In this document: piece after piece, positions 26,200 to 39,600 of the stretch
How positions within the stretch are numbered: position 1 is the first letter of the stretch
Layout of the letters: each line of letters begins with the position of its first letter
Assembly: GCA_905331295.1 (NCBI GenBank)
Contig: CAJNYD010000020.1
Span: 248,001 to 312,000 of the forward strand
DNA: 64,000 bases
Direction of reading: 5' to 3'
DNA from: Rotaria socialis
Lineage: Eukaryota
Notes under the pieces: generated by a model
Told to the model about the DNA's origin: nothing
What the model saw: the letters and a program-made list of their open reading frames with translations, nothing else
Database searches by the model: none
Program-made: the position numbers and the translations under genes

Positions 26200-29100
26200 A
26201 TGACAACAACTGTTGATAATGATTCTAAAGATTCATCAACTATTGTACAATTCGATCGTGACTGGAAATTTAATGTATTAAATTCATCATCAAATGACGA
26301 ATTTATTTCAATAAACTATGATGATTCACAATGGAAAACAATTGATTTGCCACATATAGAACCTGTAGATAAATTAGCCATATGTTGGTATCGAAAAAAA
26401 TTTGAATGGAGAAACAAACCAGATTATCATCAGTATACGTACTTGAATTTTTATTCAAATGAAGATGAATATCAGCCACCGATATCTCTTGCGGCAGTGT
26501 GGTTAAATGAAACGAAGATTTATTCAGGTGTTCTCACAAAATCTATTCAATTAACAAAATTTCTTCGCATAAATACAGATAATATTTTTGTTATTCGTTT
26601 ATCGATCTGTCATACACTTTCATTACATAGTCGAATACTCATGCCACCTGTTTGTGCGGGTCAAATTAATTATGATCCTATTAATGAAAATGCAACAAAA
26701 AAACGACTTAAAAAACTAGATTATACAGCTAGTTTTGATGATTACGGTGGACTTATTGATATTTTTATTGATTCATCAAATAAAATGAAACCAGTTGTAG
26801 AACTTGAGAAATCTGATCCCGATGAAGATACAAAACAAGAACCTATTATTGGTAATCAACAACCTGAAACTGAAAAGAAATTTGGAACTGCCACCGTACC
26901 TCGTGTTGCTATTTTAATACTTATCGTTGGTACACGTGGTGATGTTCAACCATTTATTGCTCTTGGAAAAGCTCTTCTTGCATGTGGTCATCGTGTTCGA
27001 ATTGCAACACATGAAGTTTTCAGAAAATTTGTTCGAGAAAATGGTATTGAATTTTATCCACTAGCTGGTGATCCAGCTGATCTTATGTCGTTTATGGTTA
27101 AAAATGCTGGTATTGNCCGTACCTCGTGTTGCTATTTTAATACTTATCGTTGGTACACGTGGTGATGTTCAACCATTTATTGCTCTTGGAAAAGCTCTTC
27201 TTGCATGTGGTCATCGTGTTCGAATTGCAACACATGAAGTTTTCAGAAAATTTGTTCGAGAAAATGGTATTGAATTTTATCCACTAGCTGGTGATCCAGC
27301 TGATCTTATGTCGTTTATGGTTAAAAATGCTGGTATTGTGCCATCAATAAGTAGTATTGTTGCAGGTGATATTACTAAACATCGTCGTATTATTGCTGAT
27401 ATACTTGCATCGACATGGAAAGCATGTGTAGAAGATGATGATGAAACAGATGTATCATTCGTTGCCGAAGCTATCATTGCCAATCCACCATCATTCGGTC
27501 ATATACATTGTGCACAAAAATTACAAATACCTTTACATATGGTATTTACGATGCCATGGTCACCAACTGTTCAGTTTCCTCATCCTCTGTGTAAAATAGA
27601 TTACAATCGAGCACCCATTGAAAGAATCAATATATTATCGTATCATTTAGTTGAAATATTTGTAAGTCATCTATTGATTGAACATTTTCAAAAATTTTCA
27701 ATTTCAGTTGCGCAGTTATGTAAAATTTATATAGATTCGACCAATTTCTTGATCTATACCTTCAGAAGAAATACATTCGATAATACTATTGGACAAAAAC
27801 AAACTTCGGTTTCAGTCAGATGTAAATAGACGTTAGTGCGAATTCTCTTAAGACTGTATACTAAAGCAAGTGAATGCAAAATGCAGAACTAGTGCAGTCT
27901 TTAAAACTATTTTTCATGAGATAAAACTGTTAAAAGCTATAATTGTTAAAAAGATTTCATACAAATTATATCCTGTGAAATAATTTAATACTATTCTTTT
28001 TGCTGATGCCACTATGATAAGTAGAAATAAGCTTAGTGAGCTTTATCACACACTAATAATGAATGATTACGTTCAGAAACAAATTGAAAATGAAATAATT
28101 AGTTATAGATGATGAACAAAAAAAAACGATTTTTAAATAAATAGTTTTCTTAGAATAAAATTACTGCATTTTATTTTCGGAGAAAAGTTATCTATTCGTT
28201 GTAAACATAAGAGTTGACTTCTTCATTATTTCATATGTATTTAGACATGGTCTAGTATGCATAATATCATCAATGAATTTCGTAAGAATGTTCTTGGCTT
28301 AGCACCGTTGCATATGCGTCAAGCTGTTCGTTTGATGATTGATGAACGTGTACCACATACATATTGTTGGTCACCTTCACTTGTTCCTAAACCAGCTGAT
28401 TGGCCTTCACACATTGATATATCTGGATTTTTCTTTCTTGATCTTGCAACGAATTTCACTCCACCTGAAGATCTCGTTCGATTTCTTGAATCAGGCGATC
28501 CACCAATTTATATTGGTTTCGGTTCGATTACTGGTCACGATTCTCAACGAATCTTACATGTTGTACTTGAGGCTTTGAAAATCAGTGGATATCGAGCTAT
28601 ATTATCTGGATTGGTTAAAGACACTGATGAATTACCTGAGAATATTTATGGTATTGGCAACTGTCCTCATGATTGGCTTTTCCAACATGGTAAAATCTAA
28701 TTTTTCTCAAAAAAAGCTTTTATTAAAATAATTTTCTCATGTATTCTAGTATCAGCTGTGTGTCATCATGGCGGTGCAGGTACAACTGCAGCTGGTCTTC
28801 GTGCTGGAAAACCTACTATTGTTGTACCATTTTTTGGTGATCAATTCTTTTGGGGAGCAATGATTAATAAAAGTGGTGCTGGCCCGGCACCAATACCGGG
28901 CAAACGATTTAATGTTAATGACTTAATAGATGCATTTAAATTTGTACATGAACCCGATACACGTGAAGCTGCTCTTAAATTAAGCATTGCATTTGAAAAT
29001 GAAAATGGTTGCGAAGCTGCTGTTCAATCATTTCATGCGAATTTACCATTGAATAGAATGCATAGTGATCTTGAACCATCATTTGCCGCATGCTTTCGAT

Positions 29101-30050
29101 TAGATAAATATGATTTGAAAATTTCACGCCCAGTTGCACAAGTACTTATGACTGCTGAAGTTATCGATGAATGTGAATTAACCATGTTATCTACTCGTGA
29201 TTGGAGTGCATCAATGTATGACGATCGACCACATATACCAGCACATGGTTTTATAAAACATGGACGTAAAGCTTTACAAAGTTTATTTATTGATACAGCA
29301 CAAGGTTTGAAACAAGCAGTCAGGTCACCTAGTGTAACAACAGGTACTCTTGATGGCACAGAAAGTATTATTAGAGGTGTTGGGAAAAGTATTGGACATG
29401 TATATATCGGGTGTTTATCATTTTATGGTGAAATAACAGATGCACTTGAACAGTTACCACAATTATACGATCCGTATGCAGATTCAGATAAACGTAAACG
29501 ACCACACGTAAAAGATTTTAGTACTGGCTTAAGAGCTGCTGAACATTCTATATGGCATGGATTTAAAGATGGTGTTAAAGGTCTTGTAGACAAACCTCGA
29601 ACAGGCTATGATAGACACGGTGTTTTAGGTGGAGCAGCTGGTGCAGCTATTGCTTTACCCAATGCTGTTATTAAACCTGCTGTTGGTACACTTGCTTCAA
29701 TTACTTGGTTGGGTCGAGGTATTTATGCTCACAGTAAACAGCTAAGAAAAAATAAACATTCAAGTGATCATTTATTAATATCAAGTTCAACTGGAGTTCG
29801 ACGACGTTCATCTGGATCAACAACATTGAGTGAAGATACATCACCAGCAGGTATGGCATCATTTGAATCAGGTTTAAGAATTGAAATATGCCAAAAAATA
29901 TTAAGTGACTTTGAACAAATTAAAAGTAAACATAACTCTAAAGCATTCTTATTGGTAAATAATAATGAACATTCAAAAGAAACAAACGCGCACACCAAAA
30001 TAAATAGATTATTTCATCGTCAACGCAGTCATTCAGCAACCTCTCATTAA
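26200..30050 (+). CDS. Sterol 3-beta-glucosyltransferase (UGT80/Atg26-like, GT1) with GH2-like N-terminal sugar-binding domain, copy A; exons 26200-27661 (contains an artefactual 222-bp duplication), 28245-28689, 28750-30050
   Basis: Motifs [74 protein letters not shown]. Confidence 0.92.
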
Positions 30051-33000
30051 CTCATTATTTCTTGTTATTTTCGTTTTTGTTTGTGTTTGTGTTTATCTAT
30101 GAATTAATAGAAGATATTCGACATTCGCGTTTTCTCTCTATGTCATCAAATTTACTGTGCAGATAAAAATAGTTTATATTCTGAACTATCCCATCTATAT
30201 ACATATATATCTTTGTATTGATTCATGCTTTAGTGTTTATTCTTATTAATAAATTCATACTATTTCTTGCAATGGTTAACATTGATTTTACTCTTGTTTT
30301 CATGTCAAGAAATTTTTACAAGATTGAATTGTATTATTTTATGTAGATAAACATTTTCTAATTCAATTTCTTAAATATAAAACTCGCTGAAGTACTCTAT
30401 GCATTTTCAAAACATTTTTTTTTATAAAGCAATCGAAAAAGTTTCTTAAGAAATTTCTCTACTAACAACAAAAGCTTCATGCTTTTTGTTTGTGCAAAAT
30501 CAATTGAAGTTTGATCTTGATAGTACTCAACAATGTCAGCCATTCTGGTGAATAAATTTAATATTGTTAAAAATGGTATTGTCAGTAACTAATCATAGAT
30601 TCATTCGTGAAAACAAACTAAAATGTTCTATAAGGATTGTATCTCTCATAGGATTTAGATAATTTTCTCGTAATGGATTATCGTTAATGTTAGAATTGAT
30701 ATACAACAACATTCTCTTACATAAGAATATTTGCTCGTGTCTCTTTATTACATTCTAAAAATGATGAAGGTTTGACGACGAAACATGTGCGCCTTGGTAC
30801 TTTTTATGTATTAACTACCGACAAAAAAAAATCCACTAAGTTCAAAGAATGAAGAGAAAAGAAAGAAAAGAGAGTAACATTACTTAATGACTGAATTTTT
30901 TTCATCAACTCACAAAGGGGGAGCAAACGGGCACGATTGTTTGCACTAGAACAGCATGGTGTTCGTTTGTTTCTACGAGTGAAATTTAACAATAAACCTG
31001 TTGTTATACACATTTTAAATAAATAATTCAAACAAAACAAAACAAAAGCTATGTTAAATAATGATATTGGAGATGTAACAACTAGTATTAATTTTGATAA
31101 TGATTGGCGATATATTCGTTCATCGCACGCAACATCATATGATCATGAATTAACTTTGTTTTCATATAATGATGAAGATTGGACCACAATAAAAATACCT
31201 CATTATGAGAATAACAAATCACAAAAATTTTCGTCAGTATGTGTTTCATATTGGTATAGAAAACGATTTAATTTAAAACAAATATTTGCTCCAGATCAAC
31301 ATGTTTACTTACATTTCGAATCCACGTCTAAAGAAAACAAAAGAAATAAAAATCAACTCGATCTAAAAATACCTGCTGTTACTATATGGTTGAATGAAAA
31401 TAAAATTTTTCATGATACACTTCCTCAACCGGTCAGTTTAACTGGATATTTAAGAAATGATTTCGAAAATTTACTTGTAATTTATTCTAAATACGGATAT
31501 CGCCTTCGTTTACAAGCACGTTTAGTTTCGCCGCGTCATTTATCTGGCCAAATTGATCTCAATGAACTTCATAATAAGCCATCAGAAAAACAGCAGAAAA
31601 AAACACTTGATTATGCGGCAAGTTTCAATGATACCAATGGACGTATTGATGTTTTTATTCAGAATCTAACGAAATACGTTGAAAACAATGATATCGATAT
31701 TAATGAAAATGCAAAATTAGATGATATTAAAAATGACGAAAATGTCAAAGCACAATCAATAACAGACGATCCCGTACCTCGTGTTGCTATTTTAATACTT
31801 ATCGTTGGTACACGTGGTGATGTTCAACCATTTATTGCTCTTGGAAAAGCTCTTCTTGCATGTGGTCATCGTGTTCGAATTGCAACACATGAAGTTTTCA
31901 GAAAATTTGTTCGAGAAAATGGTATTGAATTTTATCCACTAGCTGGTGATCCAGCTGATCTTATGTCGTTTATGGTTAAAAATGCTGGTATTGTGCCATC
32001 AATAAGTAGTATTGTTGCAGGTGATATTACTAAACATCGTCGTATTATTGCTGATATACTTGCATCGACATGGAAAGCATGTGTAGAAGATGATGATGAA
32101 ACAGATGTATCATTCGTTGCCGAAGCTATCATTGCCAATCCACCATCATTCGGTCATATACATTGTGCACAAAAATTACAAATACCTTTACATATGGTAT
32201 TTACGATGCCATGGTCACCAACTGTTCAGTTTCCTCATCCTCTGTGTAAAATAGATTACAATCGAGCACCCATTGAAAGAATCAATATATTATCGTATCA
32301 TTTAGTTGAAATATTTGTAAGTCATCTATTGATTGAACATTTTCAAAAATTTTCAATTTCAGTTGCGCAGTTATGTAAAATTTATATAGATTCGACCAAT
32401 TTCTTGATCTATACCTTCAGAAGAAATACATTCGATAATACTATTGGACAAAAACAAACTTCGGTTTCAGTCAGATGTAAATAGACGTTAGTGCGAATTC
32501 TCTTAAGACTGTATACTAAAGCAAGTGAATGCAAAATGCAGAACTAGTGCAGTCTTTAAAACTATTTTTCATGAGATAAAACTGTTAAAAGCTATAATTG
32601 TTAAAAAGATTTCATACAAATTATATCCTGTGAAATAATTTAATACTATTCTTTTTGCTGATGCCACTATGATAAGTAGAAATAAGCTTAGTGAGCTTTA
32701 TCACACACTAATAATGAATGATTACGTTCAGAAACAAATTGAAAATGAAATAATTAGTTATAGATGATGAACAAAAAAAAACGATTTTTAAATAAATAGT
32801 TTTCTTAGAATAAAATTACTGCATTTTATTTTCGGAGAAAAGTTATCTATTCGTTGTAAACATAAGAGTTGACTTCTTCATTATTTCATATGTATTTAGA
32901 CATGGTCTAGTATGCATAATATCATCAATGAATTTCGTAAGAATGTTCTTGGCTTAGCACCGTTGCATATGCGTCAAGCTGTTCGTTTGATGATTGATGA

Positions 33001-33527
33001 ACGTGTACCACATACATATTGTTGGTCACCTTCACTTGTTCCTAAACCAGCTGATTGGCCTTCACACATTGATATATCTGGATTTTTCTTTCTTGATCTT
33101 GCAACGAATTTCACTCCACCTGAAGATCTCGTTCGATTTCTTGAATCAGGCGATCCACCAATTTATATTGGTTTCGGTTCGATTACTGGTCACGATTCTC
33201 AACGAATCTTACATGTTGTACTTGAGGCTTTGAAAATCAGTGGATATCGAGCTATATTATCTGGATTGGTTAAAGACACTGATGAATTACCTGAGAATAT
33301 TTATGGTATTGGCAACTGTCCTCATGATTGGCTTTTCCAACATGGTAAAATCTAATTTTTCTCAAAAAAAGCTTTTATTAAAATAATTTTCTCATGTATT
33401 CTAGTATCAGCTGTGTGTCATCATGGCGGTGCAGGTACAACTGCAGCTGGTCTTCGTGCTGGAAAACCTACTATTGTTGTACCATTTTTTGGTGATCAAT
33501 TCTTTTGGGGAGCAATGATTAATAAAA
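27117..33527 (+). repeat. ~1.75-kb apparently identical direct repeat (27117-28872 = 31772-33527), including both introns
   Basis: Constant offset of 4655; identical ORF translations; intron sequences match by eye. Confidence 0.92.
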
Positions 33528-34603
33528 TTGGTGCTGGTCCAGTGCCAATTCCGGGCAAAACGATAACAGCAAAACAGTTAGCTGCTGCATTCAAATTTGT
33601 ACATGATCCAGATGCACAAGCTGCTGCCTTAAAAATAAGTTTGAATGTTCAAAATGAAAATGGTTGCGAAGCTGCTGTTCGATCGTTTCATGCTCATTTA
33701 CCCTTGAATAGAATGCGCAGCTATTTTGAACCATCCTTCGTTGCACGTTTTCGATTAAATGAATATGATTTACGAATTTCTCGCCCTGTAACTCAAGTAC
33801 TTATTGCTACTCGAGCAATACAATTATCTCAACTATCGTTACATTATATTCACGATTGGCATACAATACGATATGTTAGTCGCCCTGAAACATCCAATTG
33901 GAGTTTTAAACGAGTAATGTCAAGATTTACATTTTCAAATAAAATCGGAAATCGATCCAAGAGTGCAAGCAGTTTGGACATCAACAGATCGCATAGCACC
34001 GCAACTATTCAAAAATACGACGTATTGAGTTTAGAACGTTCGTTTAAAGATAGTTTACCATTTTATGGTAAATGTAAAGAATACCCTCAAGAAAAACATG
34101 ATAAAGATTTGCAAGCAGCAAAGACACCTAAAGTTGACGTTCATTATGATCTCACGAGTATTGTTTTCCGATCTCCCCTTTATATACGTCCACAAAATAC
34201 TACTGTTTTATCTTCAACAGCTAGCGTTAGATCCGTAGACAAAAATAGTAAAACAATGCGAATAAATAAAACATCATTTTTCAAATCGCCTTATCAAAAT
34301 AATCAAACTCAAATTACACGAAGACCACAAACAAGTAGCAAAACTCAACGTACAATAACAACAGCTAAACCAAAGCCTTCAGTCAAATTAAAAGATACAA
34401 TTATTAGTAAATCTCCAGAGCAAGACGCTGCAAATAAATCTGGTTTATCGATTGATCTTTGCAAAGAAATATTAGCTGACTTCAAAAAAGTTCAATATGA
34501 TCAATATCATACAAAAGCTAATGATAGATCAACAACTCAAATCATGACTCCTATTCCATTTAGTTCAAATAGACGACGTAGTCGTTCATCAGTGATTCAT
34601 TGA
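31051..34603 (+). CDS. Sterol 3-beta-glucosyltransferase with GH2-like N-domain, copy B; exons 31051-32316, 32900-33344, 33405-34603
   Basis: Same catalytic motifs as copy A, with diverged N- and C-terminal regions. Confidence 0.92.
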
Positions 34604-35609
34604 ATTTTTTGTTTTTCATTTTGATTTCTGTGTATTTGATTAATTTATGTTTGTTTTTCTTACATTAACTATGTATATGCGTGAGTTGCCAAAGTTTGAT
34701 ATGATTCATATTTCGGTTATATTTGACCAACAAACTGATTTCTCATAATTAAACTTTACCTAGACTAAATTTTGTCATGTTTTCACTCAACTATACAAAA
34801 AAAAGCATGACAAAACGCCACTCCCATTATGCCCGGTGTTAAATGAATATATTTTTATTATTCTAAGAAAAAACGCGAGGAAGCGGATGCAACTAACAAC
34901 GCTGGTTTTAGGCCGTTCAATTCTCTATCGGCACTAATTTTAATTTATCGTCGTCTTTATTTCTTAGATCGACATCTATAATGTCTGCCAAACATTGACG
35001 AATCTTATTCATGCAAAAGTCAATGCTGAGTAACAATATTCTATTCGTCAATATTGATTATAATCGAACTTATAATGTAAGGAAGACAATAAAAAATGAT
35101 TAAGTATTTCTATCATTGAAATTTTTTGATAAAAATCAATTAGAACCATAATTCTCTAATTTTGTTCTCAAACAAGGTAGCGGCACTCTGTTGTGCATGA
35201 CATCTGTTCGCAAATATTTCTACTGACTATAATTCAAAGAAAATAAAAAATGCACTAAATAAATATATTGTTGGCTTGAAAGACCTTCGTATTTCTTCTA
35301 AGAGTAGAAACACATTTATCATCAAATAGCAAACTGTGAGAGTAAAATACGCTTTTAATGTTATTTTAACAAACTGTCGCTTCATAGCAATGACAAAGAC
35401 TCATAGAAACATTTTCCACCAATAGGGCTTCGATCTATTTTCATTTCGTTCGTGCGAATCCCACCCAACAGTTGCAATTCAATTATATGTAAAAAGATTC
35501 TAGTTTTTCTTGAACGAATGAACGAAATAAGTCAATCATTATAGACATTTTTTATTCCTATAGTTTTTTACAAAAAAATAAGAAAGAATAAATGAATATT
35601 TCATAATGG

Positions 35610-35862
35610 TTAGTCCAGATTATCGCAACACCAGATGACAATCCAAGCGTGAATTACTCCAGGAACCTTTAAAAGAAAAAAAGCTATTAATTAATTTAAT
35701 CTTAACAAAAGAAAAACGAATACTTACAAGGCCGAGTATTGTAAGTATAATATTAACGAACACAGTGCCGCTGCACACTTTATTTCTTGCTATCCATACA
35801 CCAATAGGTGGAAGAAATAAACTAACAAGCATTAATAATATTTTTGCGCAACAACCTGCCAT
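35610..35862 (-). CDS. Pmp3/RCI2/UPF0057 (YqaE-like) plasma-membrane proteolipid, 63 aa; exons 35728-35862 and 35610-35666
   Basis: Spliced product MAGCCAKILLMLVSLFLPPIGVWIARNKVCSGTVFVNIILTILGLVPGVIHAWIVIWCCDNLD has the LPPxGV...NxxLTxLGxxPGxxHA signature. Confidence 0.9.
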
Positions 35863-36622
35863 CTTCTTACACTTATTGCCGTATCAAAATGACGAACACA
35901 AATATGTAGTCGGTAACTTTTCTCGTCGTTTATATAGCACAAGATATTACTCATTTGGTGTTTTTTTCGCTCTCTCTCGCTTTCTCATTCTTAGTTGGTC
36001 GGTCGGTCGGCTCAAGTGCATGAGTCATAAACTATCAAGGCTAAGCAACCATTAAAGAGGAAGATAAATATAGTCATTCGACAATGAATCGAGTTTTGTT
36101 GCTGATACATTCATAAAAAAAAAAATGATATCATAGCAAAGAGAAAAAGAATGAAACGAACAATAGCAGTAACCGCTATTTATACATCTACCATCATTTA
36201 ATGTAAAAAACTTTTAGACATCTGGATATCTACTAGGTCAATATTTAATTCTTTTTTATACTTAACATCGCGCGCTTTTATTTTATCTTAACGTTTCAGT
36301 TATACTTCTAGCGATAAAATTTGTTCTTGGACATACTGAATAAAATATGATAGACTAAAATTTTTTGTTTTATTATTATTATTATTATTATTATTGTTTC
36401 CAGTCGTGCAAATACACAAACATAGAGAGAGAGATATTGAACATTGAACAGGAACAAAAGAAGAAAAACTGAATCATTTTATTTTTGGTTGAAAAATGAA
36501 AACTAGTTGATAAAGAGAACAGCATAGAGAAAACAGAAGAAAATAAATAAGGACGAACGATGTGTGTACAATATGCGAAAATAAGAAAAAACAAAAAGGA
36601 CGGAATGAAAAGACAAGAAAAA

Positions 36623-39600
36623 TCATTCGCAAGCAAGTTTACCATCAAAAGACGATAGAGCTATACCAAATGCTTGAACAGCACACATTGGATATTTGAA
36701 ATCGCATGTGAAAACATCTAAAGTTATAATTAGAAAATAAATGTTTTGCATCAATTATTAAATTAAATATAATTGATATGTTTTAGTTTTTGAAAACTAC
36801 CTCCATTTAAATGATAAATCAATAAAATGATCGAGAAATGTATCGAATATAGCTGTCATTAAGCAATTGTTGTACTCTCGAGCAAATAGATTAAAAACTA
36901 TCGATGATATCATATTACCAAGAACAAAATCGAGGGAAGCACGTTAGTTGTTCCTTCAATACTTTATTTATAACATACAATTTCTAGTAGCTATGATCAG
37001 AGTTTATAGGGTAACTAGTTCAGACAGAAAACAGTTAGAAGTTTACTGCTTATAAATACAGATTATGACGGCATGGTCAATAAGATAAAAACAAACTCTT
37101 GAAAGATTTGTGTTAAAGTCTGACGTATCACTTTTCCCTCAAACATAAATCTAATATATATCCTTTGACAATATTTACAAATTGTTCCAATCTTTTTTGA
37201 CATAGCCTATTGAAAGATATGATAATGTCGAAATGAAGTCAAGCTACAACGAACTGATTCAAACTTTTTTTTTGTATGATCCATAAGAAAAGATTTTTTA
37301 GAATTTTTACTTATCATATTAGCTAGAACCGCAACATAGAATGTCTTCCATAATAAATATTACTGTCAAATTTATAGTGATTTAGAAAAAAATACAAAAG
37401 AATTTATTCAGACGTATTATTTGTAACAGAAACAAAAAGAAAGGCTTTTTTAATTTTCGATCGAGAATAATCATAACACAAAATTTTCGTGCGAAATAGT
37501 TTTATATTCGTCTACTTTATGATCTGTACTTTAAAATGTTTTTTTCCTTTATGAGTATGTCTTTTCATAAATCACAATAAAACAAATATATTCATGTCAA
37601 GTTCGATGATTATGCAGTTTTTCGAATGAATCAATGCTATACAATTCACAGTTTTTAACTTGATAGTCCGGAAAGCATTTATTAGCAGTATTTTCTAGTT
37701 CAAGTGAATCCTAAGGACACTTGAAGTTAATCTACAGGAAAATCTCGACATGCTAAATATTTCAGACTTAGAAAAAGTTGAGACATTTTATATTTTAATT
37801 AAGGTTTACTTTTTTTCTTTCTACTTATCTTGCGACTCGTTTTATATTTTGAGATACATTTCGTCACCATCTTTTTATTTAATCTTTCACAGACGTGATA
37901 AGATTGTCATTAGATGCATTATCAAACAACATTATTGATATATGATAAACAGTAATATTAGAAGTGAATTAGACTTTGTGAACGTACTATACGAGTTGAA
38001 TTCTTTTCTACTGAAATTTTGCTGTTGAAAACTAGCTACGTTCTTCTGACCTTTAATTATTTAATGCGTTTTACACAACATCAAATTGAAAAACTATCTT
38101 TTTTTATGCTAAATACTAATGTCTTGTGTAGTGAGGGGGAAAACTAAGATGCTGTTATTTTTGTACGTGTTACCCTCACCTGCCATCAACAGAGCCTACA
38201 TATTTTTTTTTCTCGGCTTTAGTCAAAACTAATCACGAGTATTCTATTCTTGATGCGAACAAAAGTAATTCTCTAGATCAGAATCAAAACATTTTCTAAA
38301 CTGTCAAAAAAGGTTTAACTGTTGTGTGACTTAAATCGAGCGAAACTGAGGAACATTATACAACATTCACTTGATAAAATTCTACCTAATGCTCCAAGGA
38401 ATGGTGATGATATGCTTTTTATTGTGAATAAAAATCGCATTTCGTTATTAATAAGATTTTAGAAATATCATAATTCTAAAGAAATGTTTTATAACTCATG
38501 CTCACAGATAATAACATTTTTTTCTTTAATCTGACAGGTACTCATTGAAATGTCTTTGAAATACGTAAATATGAATTCAACCATAGGGCACAATATAATC
38601 ATGAAAAATCTTCTTGTCATTCTCTCTATATTCTATCATTTGATCATAAATATTTATATATTAGTTTAGTCGAGCAGAAAATATCATAGTTTCTTTTTTC
38701 CACTCTACTTTTCTCTTTAATATTCGTTTGGTTAAAGTCAAGCAAAAATATACGAATGAATCAAACTTACCATCACTGACACGACCGAACTGCATGCATA
38801 CATAATCCTCTACAAAGTAAATGTAAAAAATAATTAAAATTCAAAAAAACAAAATCTTCTAGGGTATAATGAGTCCTTTGAGTGTTAAACAAATATGAAA
38901 AAAAACATAGAATTTTCATAAAAATAACTTTTTCAACATAAATTTTAATGAATAACAAAATATATATTCGTTTATGTACGTGCCTTTTAGTGTCTCATCT
39001 TATGCAAATTTTAGTTTTTGTTATTTTGTCACTTACGATCATTATCATGTACAATTTGGAAATTTTTCACTGATGCCTGTGTTACTCGCCCATGAAAATT
39101 AAGTACATAAGATTGAGTTTCTAATTACAGAAAGTAAAAGAAAAACAATTTGGAAAGGTCTCATTTCAATTTCAAAATCACAACCTTCATTCCACACAGG
39201 TGTTTTGTTGTGTAATTCGAGCACATTCTCCATTCTAGTATGTCTCCATCGTTCAATCAAAGATTCTGATTCCTTGAAAAATAAGAAAACAGAAACGATA
39301 AAGAAAAACGAAAAGTAAATCACAATAATTTACATTTCTTGGTCGAACTTCAACACGATGATGATCACTACTCATGCCAGGAATAAGTATTGTCATTTTA
39401 CGTGGTCCTTTAAAACCCAAAATATTGGTTTCCTAAATAAAAAGAAATGAATGTTTTTTTTATTTACTTCTTTTGATCTAACATGATACACATACATAAA
39501 CAATTGCAGCTACTTCTCGGCGAATTTGTTCAACCGGGCTAGAAAATAGGATGATTTTTGTTTTGTCATAAATATTTATTTTCATTCGAAAAAAAAAACT

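Noticed and set aside
26894..27338. Apparent 222-bp tandem duplication and frameshift in sterol GT copy A
   Set aside because: The copies are identical and separated by a single N (27116), typical of an unmerged contig overlap. Removing one copy restores the frame.
27277..29998. Minus-strand ORFs 27277-27483, 29033-29359 and 29768-29998
   Set aside because: Antisense shadows of sterol GT exons.
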